Counted from the first letter of the whole stretch, positions 41,516 through 51,891 are shown. The stretch: DNA of 63,876 bases, filler included, from an uncultured bacterium (GCA_964471275.1; 3 parts of 3 records of this genome joined end to end with filler, not necessarily neighbours in it), one strand, 5' to 3'. Notes: generated from the sequence alone by a model not told the origin. Program-made: numbers and translations.

Positions 41516-43843
41516 GTGTCCGACCTAACCGAAAAGGCCATCCGCCCGGCTTTCCTGATCGGTCTCGCAGCGATCGCTTTGGTCTCTGTTGTCGTGCTTC
41601 CTGACGGCGGCTACCAGTTTGCTCACTTTCCGAAGATCCTGACCCTCCAGATCTGTGCTGTTGCCATCAGTGTGTGCATGTGCATCGCCTCATTTGGTCG
41701 GGCGGGACGGAACCTTCCGTTGCCCGTGTCGGTGTTCCTTCTGCTCTCCACGGTGCAGCTCAGCAGAAGCCTCAATCCACACGAAGCGACCCTCCCACTG
41801 CTTGTCCTGGCAGGATCTATTGCAGTTGCATTTGGCACTGCGGCTGCGCTGGACGAGACCCGAAGACTGATGCTGACGAGGTGGGTTTCGGTCGTGGCTG
41901 GGGGTGTCTGTCTTGTTGGTGTACTGGAATCATTGGATATCCAGTGGGCGCAGTTGCGATCCGCAGGTCGCCCCAGCGCAACACTCGGATTCCGGAATAC
42001 AGCGGCAACCTTTGCGACGGGCGCTCTCCCCTGGTGTGTGTATCTCTCGACGCGCAGGCTGCCAAGGGATCGTGCAGTCGGGGCGCTCACGTCGGCGGTC
42101 GTTCTGCTCTTTATCGTCTTTACGCGCAGTCGTGGCGCGTGGTCTGGCTGTCTGGTTGCGTCTGCGGCCGCCTGCGCCTGGTGGTTCTGGCGAGGCCGGA
42201 AGGCAGAGAGATACTTCCTGAGCGCCCGATCCGCGGTCTTCTCGGTCGTGGTAGTGGTCTGCGTGCTGATTGTGGGCAGCCGGTCTCCAAGCTTGGAGGA
42301 TGTGAGTCCATCCCGGCTGGATGAGAGCAAACAGTCGATCCAGGCAACGGTCCGTTCGCTGACCACGCCAGGAGGCGATCGAGATAGATGGGCCATCTGG
42401 TCCCATACGATAGAGATGATCCTGGAAAAGCCGATATCGGGTGTCGGTCTGGGAAATTGGAGCGCGCACTACCCGCGGTACGATCGGGGCGACGTGCTCC
42501 ACATCAATTCTGCCCCTCGACGCCCTCACAACGACTTCCTGTGGATTGCTTCAGAACTCGGTCTACCCGCTCTGGCCGTGTTTATTTGGTGTCTCTACAC
42601 AGCAGGCCTGGCGGCATTCTCCAGACACGAGATGTGGCGGGTGGCGGCTGCCTGTTCGATGATCGCGATCGTTACGCACAGTCTGTTCAGCTTTTCGAGA
42701 GAGCAGGCGGCGCCCTCACTGCTGCTGTGGGCAGGTATCGCCGTCTGTCTATCCGGGATCCCGGATAGACGGGGGCTGCGTCCTGTTCTGATCTGGCCGA
42801 TGCTTCTGATCGCGTGTCTGGTTGGCACTACTGTAGCCGTGAAGGCCCTTGTGTTTGATGCCCATTACGGGGAGGCGCTGGCCGCCCAGAGGGCGGGTGA
42901 CAGCCAGCGTCAACTCAAGGCGGCGGGCAGGGCCCTGCAATCGGGACCGTTTGACCATCGCGTATTTCTGCTGCGTGGTGACGTGCAGTTGAGCTCAGGG
43001 AACTACCGGGAAGCCATCGAGACCCATATCCGCTACAGCACAGCACAGCCATACTTGCCCGCCGTCAACAACAACCTGGGACACGCTTTGAATGCGGTCG
43101 GGGACTATTCTGCTGCAGAACACGTGCTACGTAAGGGTCGGGAGGTGCTGGGAGATGATCGGCTGCTCGTCAACAATCTTGCAGAGACTCTCCGCAGGCA
43201 AGGACACGAGCAGGAGGCCTTGAGCCTGTATACCGGCCTGTCCGATCTGACCGCGGACGAGCATCAGAATCTGGGTGTTCTGTATGCGGAGGCAGATTCA
43301 CTCGAACAGGCAATCGCACACTACGGGGCGGCCATACAGATGGATCCTACTCTGACCGAGCCGATATACAGTGTCGCGGGGATCCAGCTGATTCAGGGCG
43401 ATCTTGACGCGGCAATAAGAGGCTACGAGACATACCTGAAGACACCAAGCCCGAACCCAACGTTGATTCGGCGTTCGAAAGCGCGTCTCAGGCAGGCCTA
43501 TACATCGCTTGGGGTACGGCAGATGGAACTCGATGATGCGAAGGGGGCCGTTGATGCGCTGGAGCGAAGGGAGCAGCTGGGAGAGATGACTGCGTCAGAG
43601 TCACACAACCTTGCGTTAGCGTATGGTCGTTCGGGTGCCTTTGATCTGGCGATAGAAGCTGCCCGTCGCGCTGTTACAATGGATCCGACGCTCGTAATCG
43701 CGAGACTGGCGTTGGCGAACGCACTGTATGAACATCGAGATCCTGAGTCATTCGAACACTACGCTGTCTTTGTCAGGGAATGGCAAGGTGAGCCTCATCT
43801 CCTGCAGATTGCACAGCGACGTCTGAAGCGTCAGAAGCCGTAG
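41516..43843 (+). CDS. Second O-antigen ligase-family protein with C-terminal TPRs
   Basis: ATLGFRN, TRSRGAW, GVGLGNW and PHNDFL motifs; TPR tail. Confidence 0.88.
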   Translation: MSDLTEKAIRPAFLIGLAAIALVSVVVLPDGGYQFAHFPKILTLQICAVAISVCMCIASFGRAGRNLPLPVSVFLLLSTVQLSRSLNPHEATLPLLVLAGSIAVAFGTAAALDETRRLMLTRWVSVVAGGVCLVGVLESLDIQWAQLRSAGRPSATLGFRNTAATFATGALPWCVYLSTRRLPRDRAVGALTSAVVLLFIVFTRSRGAWSGCLVASAAACAWWFWRGRKAERYFLSARSAVFSVVVVVCVLIVGSRSPSLEDVSPSRLDESKQSIQATVRSLTTPGGDRDRWAIWSHTIEMILEKPISGVGLGNWSAHYPRYDRGDVLHINSAPRRPHNDFLWIASELGLPALAVFIWCLYTAGLAAFSRHEMWRVAAACSMIAIVTHSLFSFSREQAAPSLLLWAGIAVCLSGIPDRRGLRPVLIWPMLLIACLVGTTVAVKALVFDAHYGEALAAQRAGDSQRQLKAAGRALQSGPFDHRVFLLRGDVQLSSGNYREAIETHIRYSTAQPYLPAVNNNLGHALNAVGDYSAAEHVLRKGREVLGDDRLLVNNLAETLRRQGHEQEALSLYTGLSDLTADEHQNLGVLYAEADSLEQAIAHYGAAIQMDPTLTEPIYSVAGIQLIQGDLDAAIRGYETYLKTPSPNPTLIRRSKARLRQAYTSLGVRQMELDDAKGAVDALERREQLGEMTASESHNLALAYGRSGAFDLAIEAARRAVTMDPTLVIARLALANALYEHRDPESFEHYAVFVREWQGEPHLLQIAQRRLKRQKP

Positions 43844-43844
43844 C

Positions 43845-45077
43845 CTACTCGGCTGACGATTCACCGAAGACCCGCTCGCATACGCTACTGACCCTTTCCA
43901 GATAGCCCTCCGGAGCAAAAACATAGAGCCTCCAGAGTCGCTCATATTGATCTTCGACGGCCTTGACGTCGAAGGGCGGGTTTTCACGTGGCTCGTTTAA
44001 CCTTCGAACCCCGTCGGGCGTTCTCACCAGGACACTTGCTTCCTTGATCGAGCTGATGTCAGGACAGTAGAGTATGACCTGATCCGGATCGAGCACGACC
44101 GCATCAGCGACTTGGTTCTCGACATTCTGTCTGGCATCAATCGATCGGTTGTACGTTGCAATCAGATCGTCCCGTCCTCGCCTCCCGACTTGCGCTGTTG
44201 TCAGGGTGTAAGCGCGCTTGAGTAGTCGTCTACGGTTCAGATTCTTGATCAATCGAGTGATCCGCTGGTCTCCTGTCACCAACAGATCACGGAGCAGTGC
44301 GTCGTCGGTGAATCCATAGAGATGCTTCTCAGTCAGCCCGCCCTGTACGGCCAGCTCTACTGCCTTGGCGATCATGGCCCCAGACGCGATCTTGGCGTGA
44401 TGGTAGTAGATTCGCTCTGTCAGGAAGTATCGAAGTCTGAGCAGGTGCAGGATCTCGGTCCGCGTGCTCATCTTGGTCGTGTCGACAGTCAGTCGATCGT
44501 CCTCGATCACAAAGGTGGAGAAGATACGATCGTCGTAATCCTGCCGGAGTCCGGCGAAGTAAGCGTCTCGTCGCAGGTAATCCAGAAGATCCGCGTCGAT
44601 CGTGCTCGAAATGATCTGCCTCATCCAAGGCGTCGCATAGTTCGGGTTAGTCAGAAGGCTGATGACATCGTGCCCGAGCCCTGAGGCCTCGATTACCTCT
44701 CCGATTTCACCGGTTGAGAGGAAATACAGGAGTCGCTCTGAAGTGTCGTGGCGCGGGAAGAGCTTGCGTTCATCCTCGAAGGTGTGACCAAAGGGTAGAT
44801 GCGAGATGTCGTGCACAAGCGCAGCCAGCGCCACGGCTGACTCCTCTTGGTCCGTGATCGAGAACCCGGTGCGTCTGAGCGAGGCCATGATCCGTCGCGC
44901 AACGGCCGAAGTACCTAGAGAATGCTCAAACCGCGTATGGTGACATCCGGGGTATACTAGGTATGCTGTTCCGGTTTGACGAACACCTCGCAGACGTTGG
45001 AATTGTTGAGTATCCAAGATGCGTCGCTCAGCTTCGGTGAACTCGAGGTCGCCGTGGACCGGGTCTCTTACGATCAT
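43845..45077 (-). CDS. HD-domain phosphohydrolase (SAMHD1/dNTP triphosphohydrolase-like)
   Basis: RDPVHG, FQRLR..RQ, HTRFEHSLG, HDISH.PFGH, DADLLDY and IYYH motifs; GGAG RBS before ATG 45077. Confidence 0.9.
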   Translation of the reverse strand: MIVRDPVHGDLEFTEAERRILDTQQFQRLRGVRQTGTAYLVYPGCHHTRFEHSLGTSAVARRIMASLRRTGFSITDQEESAVALAALVHDISHLPFGHTFEDERKLFPRHDTSERLLYFLSTGEIGEVIEASGLGHDVISLLTNPNYATPWMRQIISSTIDADLLDYLRRDAYFAGLRQDYDDRIFSTFVIEDDRLTVDTTKMSTRTEILHLLRLRYFLTERIYYHHAKIASGAMIAKAVELAVQGGLTEKHLYGFTDDALLRDLLVTGDQRITRLIKNLNRRRLLKRAYTLTTAQVGRRGRDDLIATYNRSIDARQNVENQVADAVVLDPDQVILYCPDISSIKEASVLVRTPDGVRRLNEPRENPPFDVKAVEDQYERLWRLYVFAPEGYLERVSSVCERVFGESSAE

Positions 45078-45100
45078 CGTCTCTCCTGAGTGGCCCAAAT

Positions 45101-45129
45101 TTGACAGCCGATCGACCCCGAACTATCTT
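45101..45129 (+). promoter_or_regulatory. sigma70-type promoter of xylA
   Basis: TTGACA-N17-TATCTT. Confidence 0.65.
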
Positions 45130-45176
45130 GGCCGATCATCATCAGAATCTCACAATACTTGCTTGGAGGCTCCCGG

Positions 45177-46346
45177 ATGGGTGACGCCTATACACCAAAA
45201 AAAGAAGACCGATTTACCTTTGGCCTGTGGACCGTCGGGAACGTCGGAAGAGACCCTTTTGGGGATCCGGTTAGACGTCCGATACCCCCTACCCGGATCG
45301 TCAAGAAGTTGAGCGAATTGGGCGCCTGGGGGATCAACTTCCACGACAACGACCTAGTGCCGATCGACGCGTCTCTGACCCAGCGGAACAAGATCGTGAG
45401 GGATTTCAAAAAAGCCCTCAAAGACTACGACATGGTCGTACCCATGGCAACAACCAACACGTTCTCCCACCCCGTGTTCAAGGATGGCGGATTTACGTCG
45501 AATGACCCGAAGGTCCGTGCATACGGTCTTCAGAAGATCATGCGTGCAATCGATCTGGGGGTGGAGGTCGGGGCTAAGATCTATGTGTTCTGGGGGGGAC
45601 GAGAAGGTGCGGAATCGAATGTGACGAAGGATCCCGTCGAAGCCGTCAAGCGCTTCCGCGACGGGATCAACTACCTGTGTCGGTATGTGCGCGACAGGAA
45701 ATACAAACTGAAGTTCGCGTTGGAAGCAAAGCCCAATGAGCCACGCGCCGATATCTACTTCCCGACGACCGGCCACTACCTGGGGCTGATCGAGACATTG
45801 GACTTTCCGAAGATGGTCGGTGTCAATCCCGAGGTCGCCCACGAACATATGGCCGGTCTGAATTTCCACCACGGTGTTGCGCAGGCGATGGATGCGGGCA
45901 AGCTGTTTCACATCGATCTGAACGACCAGCGTGTCGGCCGCTACGATCAGGATTTTCGTTTTGCGTCAGAGGACTACAAGAGTGCCTTTCACCTCGTCAA
46001 GTTGCTCGAGGAGAGGAAGTATCGGGGTCCCAAGCACTACGATGCTCACGCTTACCGGACCGAAGATGAGAAGGGCGTCTGGGATTTCGCGCTGGGCTGC
46101 ATGCGCAGCTACAACATCCTCCGGGAGAAAGTCCGCCGATTCCAGAAGGATGAGGAGATCCAGAGCCTTGTGAGTGCGATCAACTCCCAGAACCCGGAAT
46201 ACGAGAAGCATCTGGGCAAATTTAGCAAGCAGAAGGCGCAGGCCCTGAAGCGCGTGCGGTTCGACATCGACGCGATGGGCAAGGTGGGGATGGAGTACGA
46301 ACGGTTGGATCAACTCCTGATGGAACTCTTAATGGGCGTCAGATAG
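45177..46346 (+). CDS. xylA: Xylose isomerase (short class I type)
   Basis: FTFGLWTVG, FHDNDL, VFWGGREG, EAKPNEP, NPEVAH and FHIDLN motifs. Confidence 0.95.
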   Translation: MGDAYTPKKEDRFTFGLWTVGNVGRDPFGDPVRRPIPPTRIVKKLSELGAWGINFHDNDLVPIDASLTQRNKIVRDFKKALKDYDMVVPMATTNTFSHPVFKDGGFTSNDPKVRAYGLQKIMRAIDLGVEVGAKIYVFWGGREGAESNVTKDPVEAVKRFRDGINYLCRYVRDRKYKLKFALEAKPNEPRADIYFPTTGHYLGLIETLDFPKMVGVNPEVAHEHMAGLNFHHGVAQAMDAGKLFHIDLNDQRVGRYDQDFRFASEDYKSAFHLVKLLEERKYRGPKHYDAHAYRTEDEKGVWDFALGCMRSYNILREKVRRFQKDEEIQSLVSAINSQNPEYEKHLGKFSKQKAQALKRVRFDIDAMGKVGMEYERLDQLLMELLMGVR

Positions 46347-46363
46347 GTTCGTAAGTGTTTGTT

Positions 46364-46379
46364 TGGCATAGGAGTTGCA
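46364..46379 (+). promoter_or_regulatory. sigma54 (-24/-12) promoter upstream of fliM
   Basis: TGGCAT-AGGAG-TTGCA. Confidence 0.65.
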
Positions 46380-46410
46380 ATGCTTGGGTGCGGACAGTAA
46401 AATCAACGGG

Positions 46411-46439
46411 TTGACACCAGGCCTCGGTCAACCTACTTT
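46411..46439 (+). promoter_or_regulatory. sigma70-type promoter upstream of fliM
   Basis: TTGACA-N17-TACTTT. Confidence 0.55.
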
Positions 46440-46534
46440 TTTGTTTAAGGGCACCTAAGTCTTTGTGCTGGTTGTAATTAGAGAATGCCGTCCGCCAGTG
46501 GTTCTACCCACCTGGATAGGCAAAAGAGGGTATT

Positions 46535-47370
46535 ATGCCGGATATTCTTTCCCAAGATGAGATCGGTGCCCTGTTGTCGGCGACCGGGAGCGACGAAGGT
46601 GATACTGCACCGAGTGTGTCGATGGGTGAGGTGAGGGCGAACAGTAATCGGCCGATTGTCACCTACGACTTCAAGCACCCTTCGCGTGTTTCGAAAGATC
46701 AGACACGCACGCTCGAGAACCTGCACTCGAACCTCGCCCGTATGATGGCCTCGTCATTCTCGACGATGCAGCGTTCGGTCGTTGACTGTGACATCGCCTT
46801 TGTCGATCAGACGACGTATGCCGAGTTCATCATGTCGCTGTCGAATCCGTCTTGCTCGTATACGTTCACGATTGAGCCCCTTGGTGGTCCAGCTATCATC
46901 GATTTCTCTTTGCCGGTCGCCTACTCATTCATCGACCGCCAGTTTGGTGGGACGGGAGGCAATCCTCCTTCCGAGGCTCGCCCATTGACTGCAATCGAGC
47001 GGACCGTAATGACAAAAGTCGTGACCCGAACGCTTGCAGATCTTGAAGCGACCTGGGAAGCGCTCCTGAAGATTCAGGTGTCGGATGCGGAACTCGAAAC
47101 GAATCCGGAGTTTATGCAGGTTGCGGCTCCCTCGGATACGGTCGTTCTAATCGCTTTCGAGGTGAACTCCCAGCACGCGTCCGGACTCGTGAATCTCTGC
47201 TACCCTTACTTCACGCTCGAACCGGTAATGGCGTATCTGAACGTGCAGACCTGGGCAAGCCGTGAAAGAGGGCGCCGCGAGAGCCAGCAGGAGGACCGGC
47301 TTACTCAGCTGGATCGTGTCCGCGCTCCCGTGAAGGTGCAGTTAGGGAAGACCAAAGTGCCTCTTGGGAC
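46535..47370 (+). CDS. fliM: Flagellar motor switch protein FliM, 3' end cut by the contig end
   Basis: ILSQDEIGALL CheY-binding motif, YDFKHPSRVSKDQ, LTAIE and ETNPEF. Confidence 0.95.
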
Positions 47371-47470
47371 NNNNNNNNNNNNNNNNNNNNNNNNNNNNNN
47401 NNNNNNNNNNNNNNTTAATTAATTAANNNNNNNNNNNNNNNNNNNNNNNNNNNNNNNNNNNNNNNNNNNN
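47371..47470. other. Artificial contig linker
   Basis: N run with TTAATTAATTAA at 47415-47426. Confidence 0.97.
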
Positions 47471-47575
47471 CATGTAAATGCAGAGGTACATCTGGCCCGG
47501 GACCTCCGCTCGACATAGATAGACCTTTTCAGGAATAATAGATACCAGAATGCACCTTCCCCACAGGTGGTCCCC

Positions 47576-50254
47576 ATGCCGGAAGAAAATCAGAATCCCG
47601 AAGATGACGATCAGGCACAAACCGGTGACGAACCGGTTATTGATCAAAGCTCAATCGACGCGATGGTCCAGAATGCCGAGGATTCTCAAGCTGAAGAGCT
47701 CGAATCCATGCTGGATGGCATCGAAGAGAACTCGGACAAATCACTTGAGGGTGAGGGCGCCAGTGAGTCGGATCAGCTCGAAGGCCTCGTAGAGAGTATG
47801 GAGGAGGATTCAGAAGAAAGCCCGGACGAACTCGACGAACTGGATGCGTTGGCAGCCGCGTTCGATGACGTTGAAGAAACGAGCGAAGAAGCATCGGAAG
47901 GAGCGGAGGAGCCCCAAGAGTTGATCGAAGACCAACCGGTCTCGGAGGCGGAGGATCTGGACTCGCTGCTGTCTGAGCTGGATGATGATCCGGAAGAGGA
48001 ACCGGCAGCCGAAACGAAAATAGATTCAGAGGCCGGGGAGCTGATTGAGGACCTAGTGGACGATTCTGGCGACGAGAGAATCGAAGATGTTGACAGCCTT
48101 CTGGAAGATCTCGATGACGCGACAGAAGCTACCCCAGCAGACGTAGAGGGCGAAGCAGATGTTATCGACAGCGCGGCCACGGTCGATGACTTGGATGTCG
48201 ACGCATCGGAGGAAGACGCAGAGACCGTTGGTACCCTGCTCGAAGATCTCGACGAGGATGAGGATACGGTCGATGTTGTGGAACTGGCAGAAAACCTGGC
48301 AGAGACACCTGAGTTATCGGAAGAGACTACAGAACTCGATGACGAGGCGACCGCGGACCTTCTCGAGGATCTCGATCTTGAATCTGAGACGGAGGTCCTC
48401 GAGACTGAGGATCTGCTGACCGAGGACGATGAGACACCCGAAGTCGAATCGGACACAGCGGAGGAAGAAGTCACTGAGTCACTTCTGGATGACACATTCG
48501 ATGACCTCGATCTTGACGATGATTCGGTTCCCGATCTGGACCTCGACGACAGCTTCGATCTTGCCGGGAAAGAGGATGAAACGGTCGAAGAAGAATCGGT
48601 ATCGGATCAGGCAGAGGATGATCTGGATTCGCTTCTCGGCGACTCGATGCTGGAATATGAGGATGAGCTGTTCGAAACCGATCTGAATGTCGGCGTCGAG
48701 CACGAAGTTGCGCACATGCTCGCGACCGGAAAACCTGCTCCNNNNNNNNNNGAGGATGAATCTCCTGAGACCGGCGGTACCATCCTGATCGTCGACGATG
48801 ACGCGGACAACATCGGTCTTTTCCAGGATGCGCTCGTTGAGGGTGACTACGAATTCGAAGTCGTATCTACGTCCGAGAAAGCCCTTTTAGCGGTCCAGAC
48901 CCAGAACATCGACCTTGTCCTGGTCAATATGGACACGGAAGATAACCACGGGTTCGTCACGGTCGACGCGATGGCCGACGATGACACCCCGCCGATTCCC
49001 GTGGTCGTCACGAGTGAAGAGAGCGAGTTGATTGAGGGGGCACTTCAGGCGGGTGCGGCTGACCACTTCACCCGACCCGTCGGCATCGTGGACCTCGAGT
49101 ATCAGGTCCCCAAGACGGTCTCAAACCTCATCAAGCTTAAACGGGCCCAACACATTCTCTCCGGCGTCGCAGCAGCTCCAGACACGGGCTCGCCATCCTC
49201 CGCAGCATCCGATGATCTGGATGATCTGCTGGATGATGACACGGACGACCTCCTGCTCGACGATGACGACAGTCTCTTCGGCGACGACGACTCGAGTTAC
49301 TCGTCATCCGATCTCGAAGACGACGACGAGGAAGATATTGGTCCAGCCGGCAGATTGGCCGCCGGACCCGACGGAGACCGCCTCGCACCACTTTCCGACC
49401 AGAGCAAGATGGCTCGGGAGCACGAATGGACACAGACGAGGAAGTCGGCCGTATCCAACTTTCCTATCTACCTGGGGATCGGATTGCTGGTGGTCATCTT
49501 GGCCGGTCTCAGCGGCATGGTAACGATGTATGTCATCGACATGAAGGAAGCCGAAATTGCTGAAACGCAGGCGATACAGCCACCACAGCCGGTACCCGTC
49601 CTCAAACTACCGAGAGTCCAGCAGGCTGACTATGAAGTGTCCCGGAGCCGGGTCCGTCAGCCCAACGACTACCAGAGACAGGCAGAGTCGGTCAAGACCC
49701 GAATCAGAAACACAGTCAGGGAGCTGGATGCACAGAACGGTGCCTGGTGGTCACCCTGGCGAGTGATGAGCCAGGCGGGAGGCACGGTCGGTGTTCTCGT
49801 GTCGGGACGTGGAAACGATGAGATTATTGACGCGTTCGGTGTTGACAGATCGGCTGTTCGTGAGGGTCTTCGGAGCAGGCGTTCGATGAACTACCTGAGA
49901 GGCGTGGGCTACGACCTCGCAGGGAAGGATGTTGATGACTTGACCGCCAGAGAAACCTTCGAACTCCTCTCCGCACGGGAGATCAAGACGCAGAATCATA
50001 TTGTGGACGTCCTGTCCAGATTGACGGACAGCCTCGCGGGAGACAAGGCCGAGCAGGCCCGCCGCGAGAATCGGAAGAGAAAGCGCCAAGGAACGGCTTC
50101 CCTCTCACCTGAACGCCCAAAGCCTGCAGCAGAGATCTCTCAGGCAAAGACAGAGACACCGGTGAGCGGGCGACTCGCAAAGCCAAACCTGATGAAGCAG
50201 TTCGGTTTCGCGATTCGGCTCCCGGGGGTAAGCCACTCCGGAGAAGCTGGATAG
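47576..50254 (+). CDS. Highly acidic low-complexity membrane protein with a pseudo-receiver domain
   Basis: About 390 aa Asp/Glu-rich region with DLDSLL-like repeats; REC fold ILIVDDD...DLVLVN...AGAADHFTRP; one transmembrane helix IYLGIGLLVVILAGLSGMVTMYVI; 10-N gap at 48742-48751. Confidence 0.8.
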   Translation: MPEENQNPEDDDQAQTGDEPVIDQSSIDAMVQNAEDSQAEELESMLDGIEENSDKSLEGEGASESDQLEGLVESMEEDSEESPDELDELDALAAAFDDVEETSEEASEGAEEPQELIEDQPVSEAEDLDSLLSELDDDPEEEPAAETKIDSEAGELIEDLVDDSGDERIEDVDSLLEDLDDATEATPADVEGEADVIDSAATVDDLDVDASEEDAETVGTLLEDLDEDEDTVDVVELAENLAETPELSEETTELDDEATADLLEDLDLESETEVLETEDLLTEDDETPEVESDTAEEEVTESLLDDTFDDLDLDDDSVPDLDLDDSFDLAGKEDETVEEESVSDQAEDDLDSLLGDSMLEYEDELFETDLNVGVEHEVAHMLATGKPAXXXXEDESPETGGTILIVDDDADNIGLFQDALVEGDYEFEVVSTSEKALLAVQTQNIDLVLVNMDTEDNHGFVTVDAMADDDTPPIPVVVTSEESELIEGALQAGAADHFTRPVGIVDLEYQVPKTVSNLIKLKRAQHILSGVAAAPDTGSPSSAASDDLDDLLDDDTDDLLLDDDDSLFGDDDSSYSSSDLEDDDEEDIGPAGRLAAGPDGDRLAPLSDQSKMAREHEWTQTRKSAVSNFPIYLGIGLLVVILAGLSGMVTMYVIDMKEAEIAETQAIQPPQPVPVLKLPRVQQADYEVSRSRVRQPNDYQRQAESVKTRIRNTVRELDAQNGAWWSPWRVMSQAGGTVGVLVSGRGNDEIIDAFGVDRSAVREGLRSRRSMNYLRGVGYDLAGKDVDDLTARETFELLSAREIKTQNHIVDVLSRLTDSLAGDKAEQARRENRKRKRQGTASLSPERPKPAAEISQAKTETPVSGRLAKPNLMKQFGFAIRLPGVSHSGEAG

Positions 50255-50272
50255 CCACTTCTCACGCTGATC

Positions 50273-50316
50273 AGCAGAAAGGACGGTGCTCTTGTACCGT
50301 CCTTTCTGCTTTTCTT
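50273..50316 (+). terminator. Rho-independent terminator
   Basis: AGCAGAAAGGACGGT pairs with ACCGTCCTTTCTGCT, followed by TTTCTT. Confidence 0.85.
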
Positions 50317-50542
50317 GCACAAAACGGGTCACTGTTCGCCCTGAGTGACGTCGTGGCGAACAGATCCCTTGGCTCCAGATACGGCAGCGAATATACACGT
50401 CTTATCGAAGGGTGACCGGCCAGCGATCGCACCCGTCCATACGCTACTTCATCTGAACAGGACGACTGCTGATCTGCTGGATGACGGCTCTGAAGATCAG
50501 TAGACACGGACACGTGACCCGCATAGCACGAGACCTTGGTGG

Positions 50543-51694
50543 ATGACGAAAGAGCGACTGATATATGTGATGGCATTCGTGATGGATGGATGCTTTGGGC
50601 TGGTGGGACTGAGTGTTCTGCTGCTTGCGGTCTCCTTGGGTGCACAATACGACGAGCTCGGCATAATCGGGGCAACTGGCGCCTCCGTATACGCCGTTTG
50701 CTGTCTTGCCACGGGTTCGGTGCTCAAACGGTGGTCGCACCGGAAGACCGCTGCCGCGAGTGCTGCGGGCATCGTATTCTGCTTCGCTGCCTACACGCTG
50801 GTGGCGTCCGTGTGGCACATCGTACTCGTTTCGGCAGCCGTTGGACTCGTCCTCAGTGCCTTCTGGCCGACGATGCAGAGCTGGGTCGCAAAAGGAAACA
50901 GTGGCGAGAGGTTGATTCGCATCCTCGGGAAGTTCAACATCTCTTGGGGAGCCGGTGTGATGGCCGGTCCCGCTCTTGGCGGTCAGCTCTTCGCCATGGA
51001 CCCACACCTCCCCTTCACCCTCTGTTCCATCGTCGTTGTCGGTGTATTCCTGACCTTGGCCTTCTCGAGACCCGGGACAGCAGACCGTGACGAGCAGCCG
51101 GAATCACAGAACATTCCGACCGATCGCCGTTTCTTGACCGTCTCCTGGATAGCAAACTTCGCGACCTTCTTCGCGACAGGGCTTGTTCGATCCCTCTTCC
51201 CGAAGTTCGCGACCGACGCGGGAGTTTCGCCGGGCCTGCTTGGCCAGATGATGGCCATCGTCGGGCTGGCCCAGGTTGTGTCGTTCTATCTCGTCTCCCG
51301 GTCAGGCTGGTGGCAGAACCGTCTGGGTCCAATGATCATCATCCAGTGCCTCGGCGCCGGCGGCCTGATCCTCATAGCCTGCTCCGACTCCATCCTGCTC
51401 TTATCCCTGAGCCTTGCATCGGTCGGTCTTCTCATCGGTGCAACCTTCACGTGGAGCATGTTTTACAGCCTGCGTAGCCCTTCCCGCAGCCGCTCACGCG
51501 CCGGCATTCACGAAGCGATCGTCGGAAGTGGTTTTCTGTTCGGACCTCTTCTGGGAGGTCTGTGTGCTGAACACGTAAGTCCAATTGCGCCCTACCTGCT
51601 AGGGGCGGTCGTGATCTGCCTGGTCGCTGTTGTCGAGGTTATCTTCATTCTCAGCTCTGATGCCGAGACGCCCGTCACCGCCGTCCAGGACTGA
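50543..51694 (+). CDS. MFS transporter
   Basis: About 12 hydrophobic segments; GVMAGPALGG and GFLFGPLLGG motifs. Confidence 0.85.
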   Translation: MTKERLIYVMAFVMDGCFGLVGLSVLLLAVSLGAQYDELGIIGATGASVYAVCCLATGSVLKRWSHRKTAAASAAGIVFCFAAYTLVASVWHIVLVSAAVGLVLSAFWPTMQSWVAKGNSGERLIRILGKFNISWGAGVMAGPALGGQLFAMDPHLPFTLCSIVVVGVFLTLAFSRPGTADRDEQPESQNIPTDRRFLTVSWIANFATFFATGLVRSLFPKFATDAGVSPGLLGQMMAIVGLAQVVSFYLVSRSGWWQNRLGPMIIIQCLGAGGLILIACSDSILLLSLSLASVGLLIGATFTWSMFYSLRSPSRSRSRAGIHEAIVGSGFLFGPLLGGLCAEHVSPIAPYLLGAVVICLVAVVEVIFILSSDAETPVTAVQD

Positions 51695-51891
51695 ATCTGT
51701 CCCACGCGATAGACCCGCCATAGATTCTAAGAGGATGCCGAACAGGATGAGTTCCTGAAGAACGGGTAGACACGAGGATCGATCACTGCTACGGAAAGCA
51801 CTCGCGTTCAGGCTTTGACAACCCCACGTCATTCGGGCGATCGTATTACAGGATCCATTCTTCAGCAGCACACGGCCACGAAGGACCCGCA

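Noticed and set aside
39580..45077. HNH plus HD dNTPase-like gene as an anti-phage defence system
   Set aside because: They are on opposite strands and separated by glycosylation genes; the HD family is commonly housekeeping
46535..50254. fliM and the acidic receiver protein as one motility locus
   Set aside because: They lie on different contigs separated by the artificial linker
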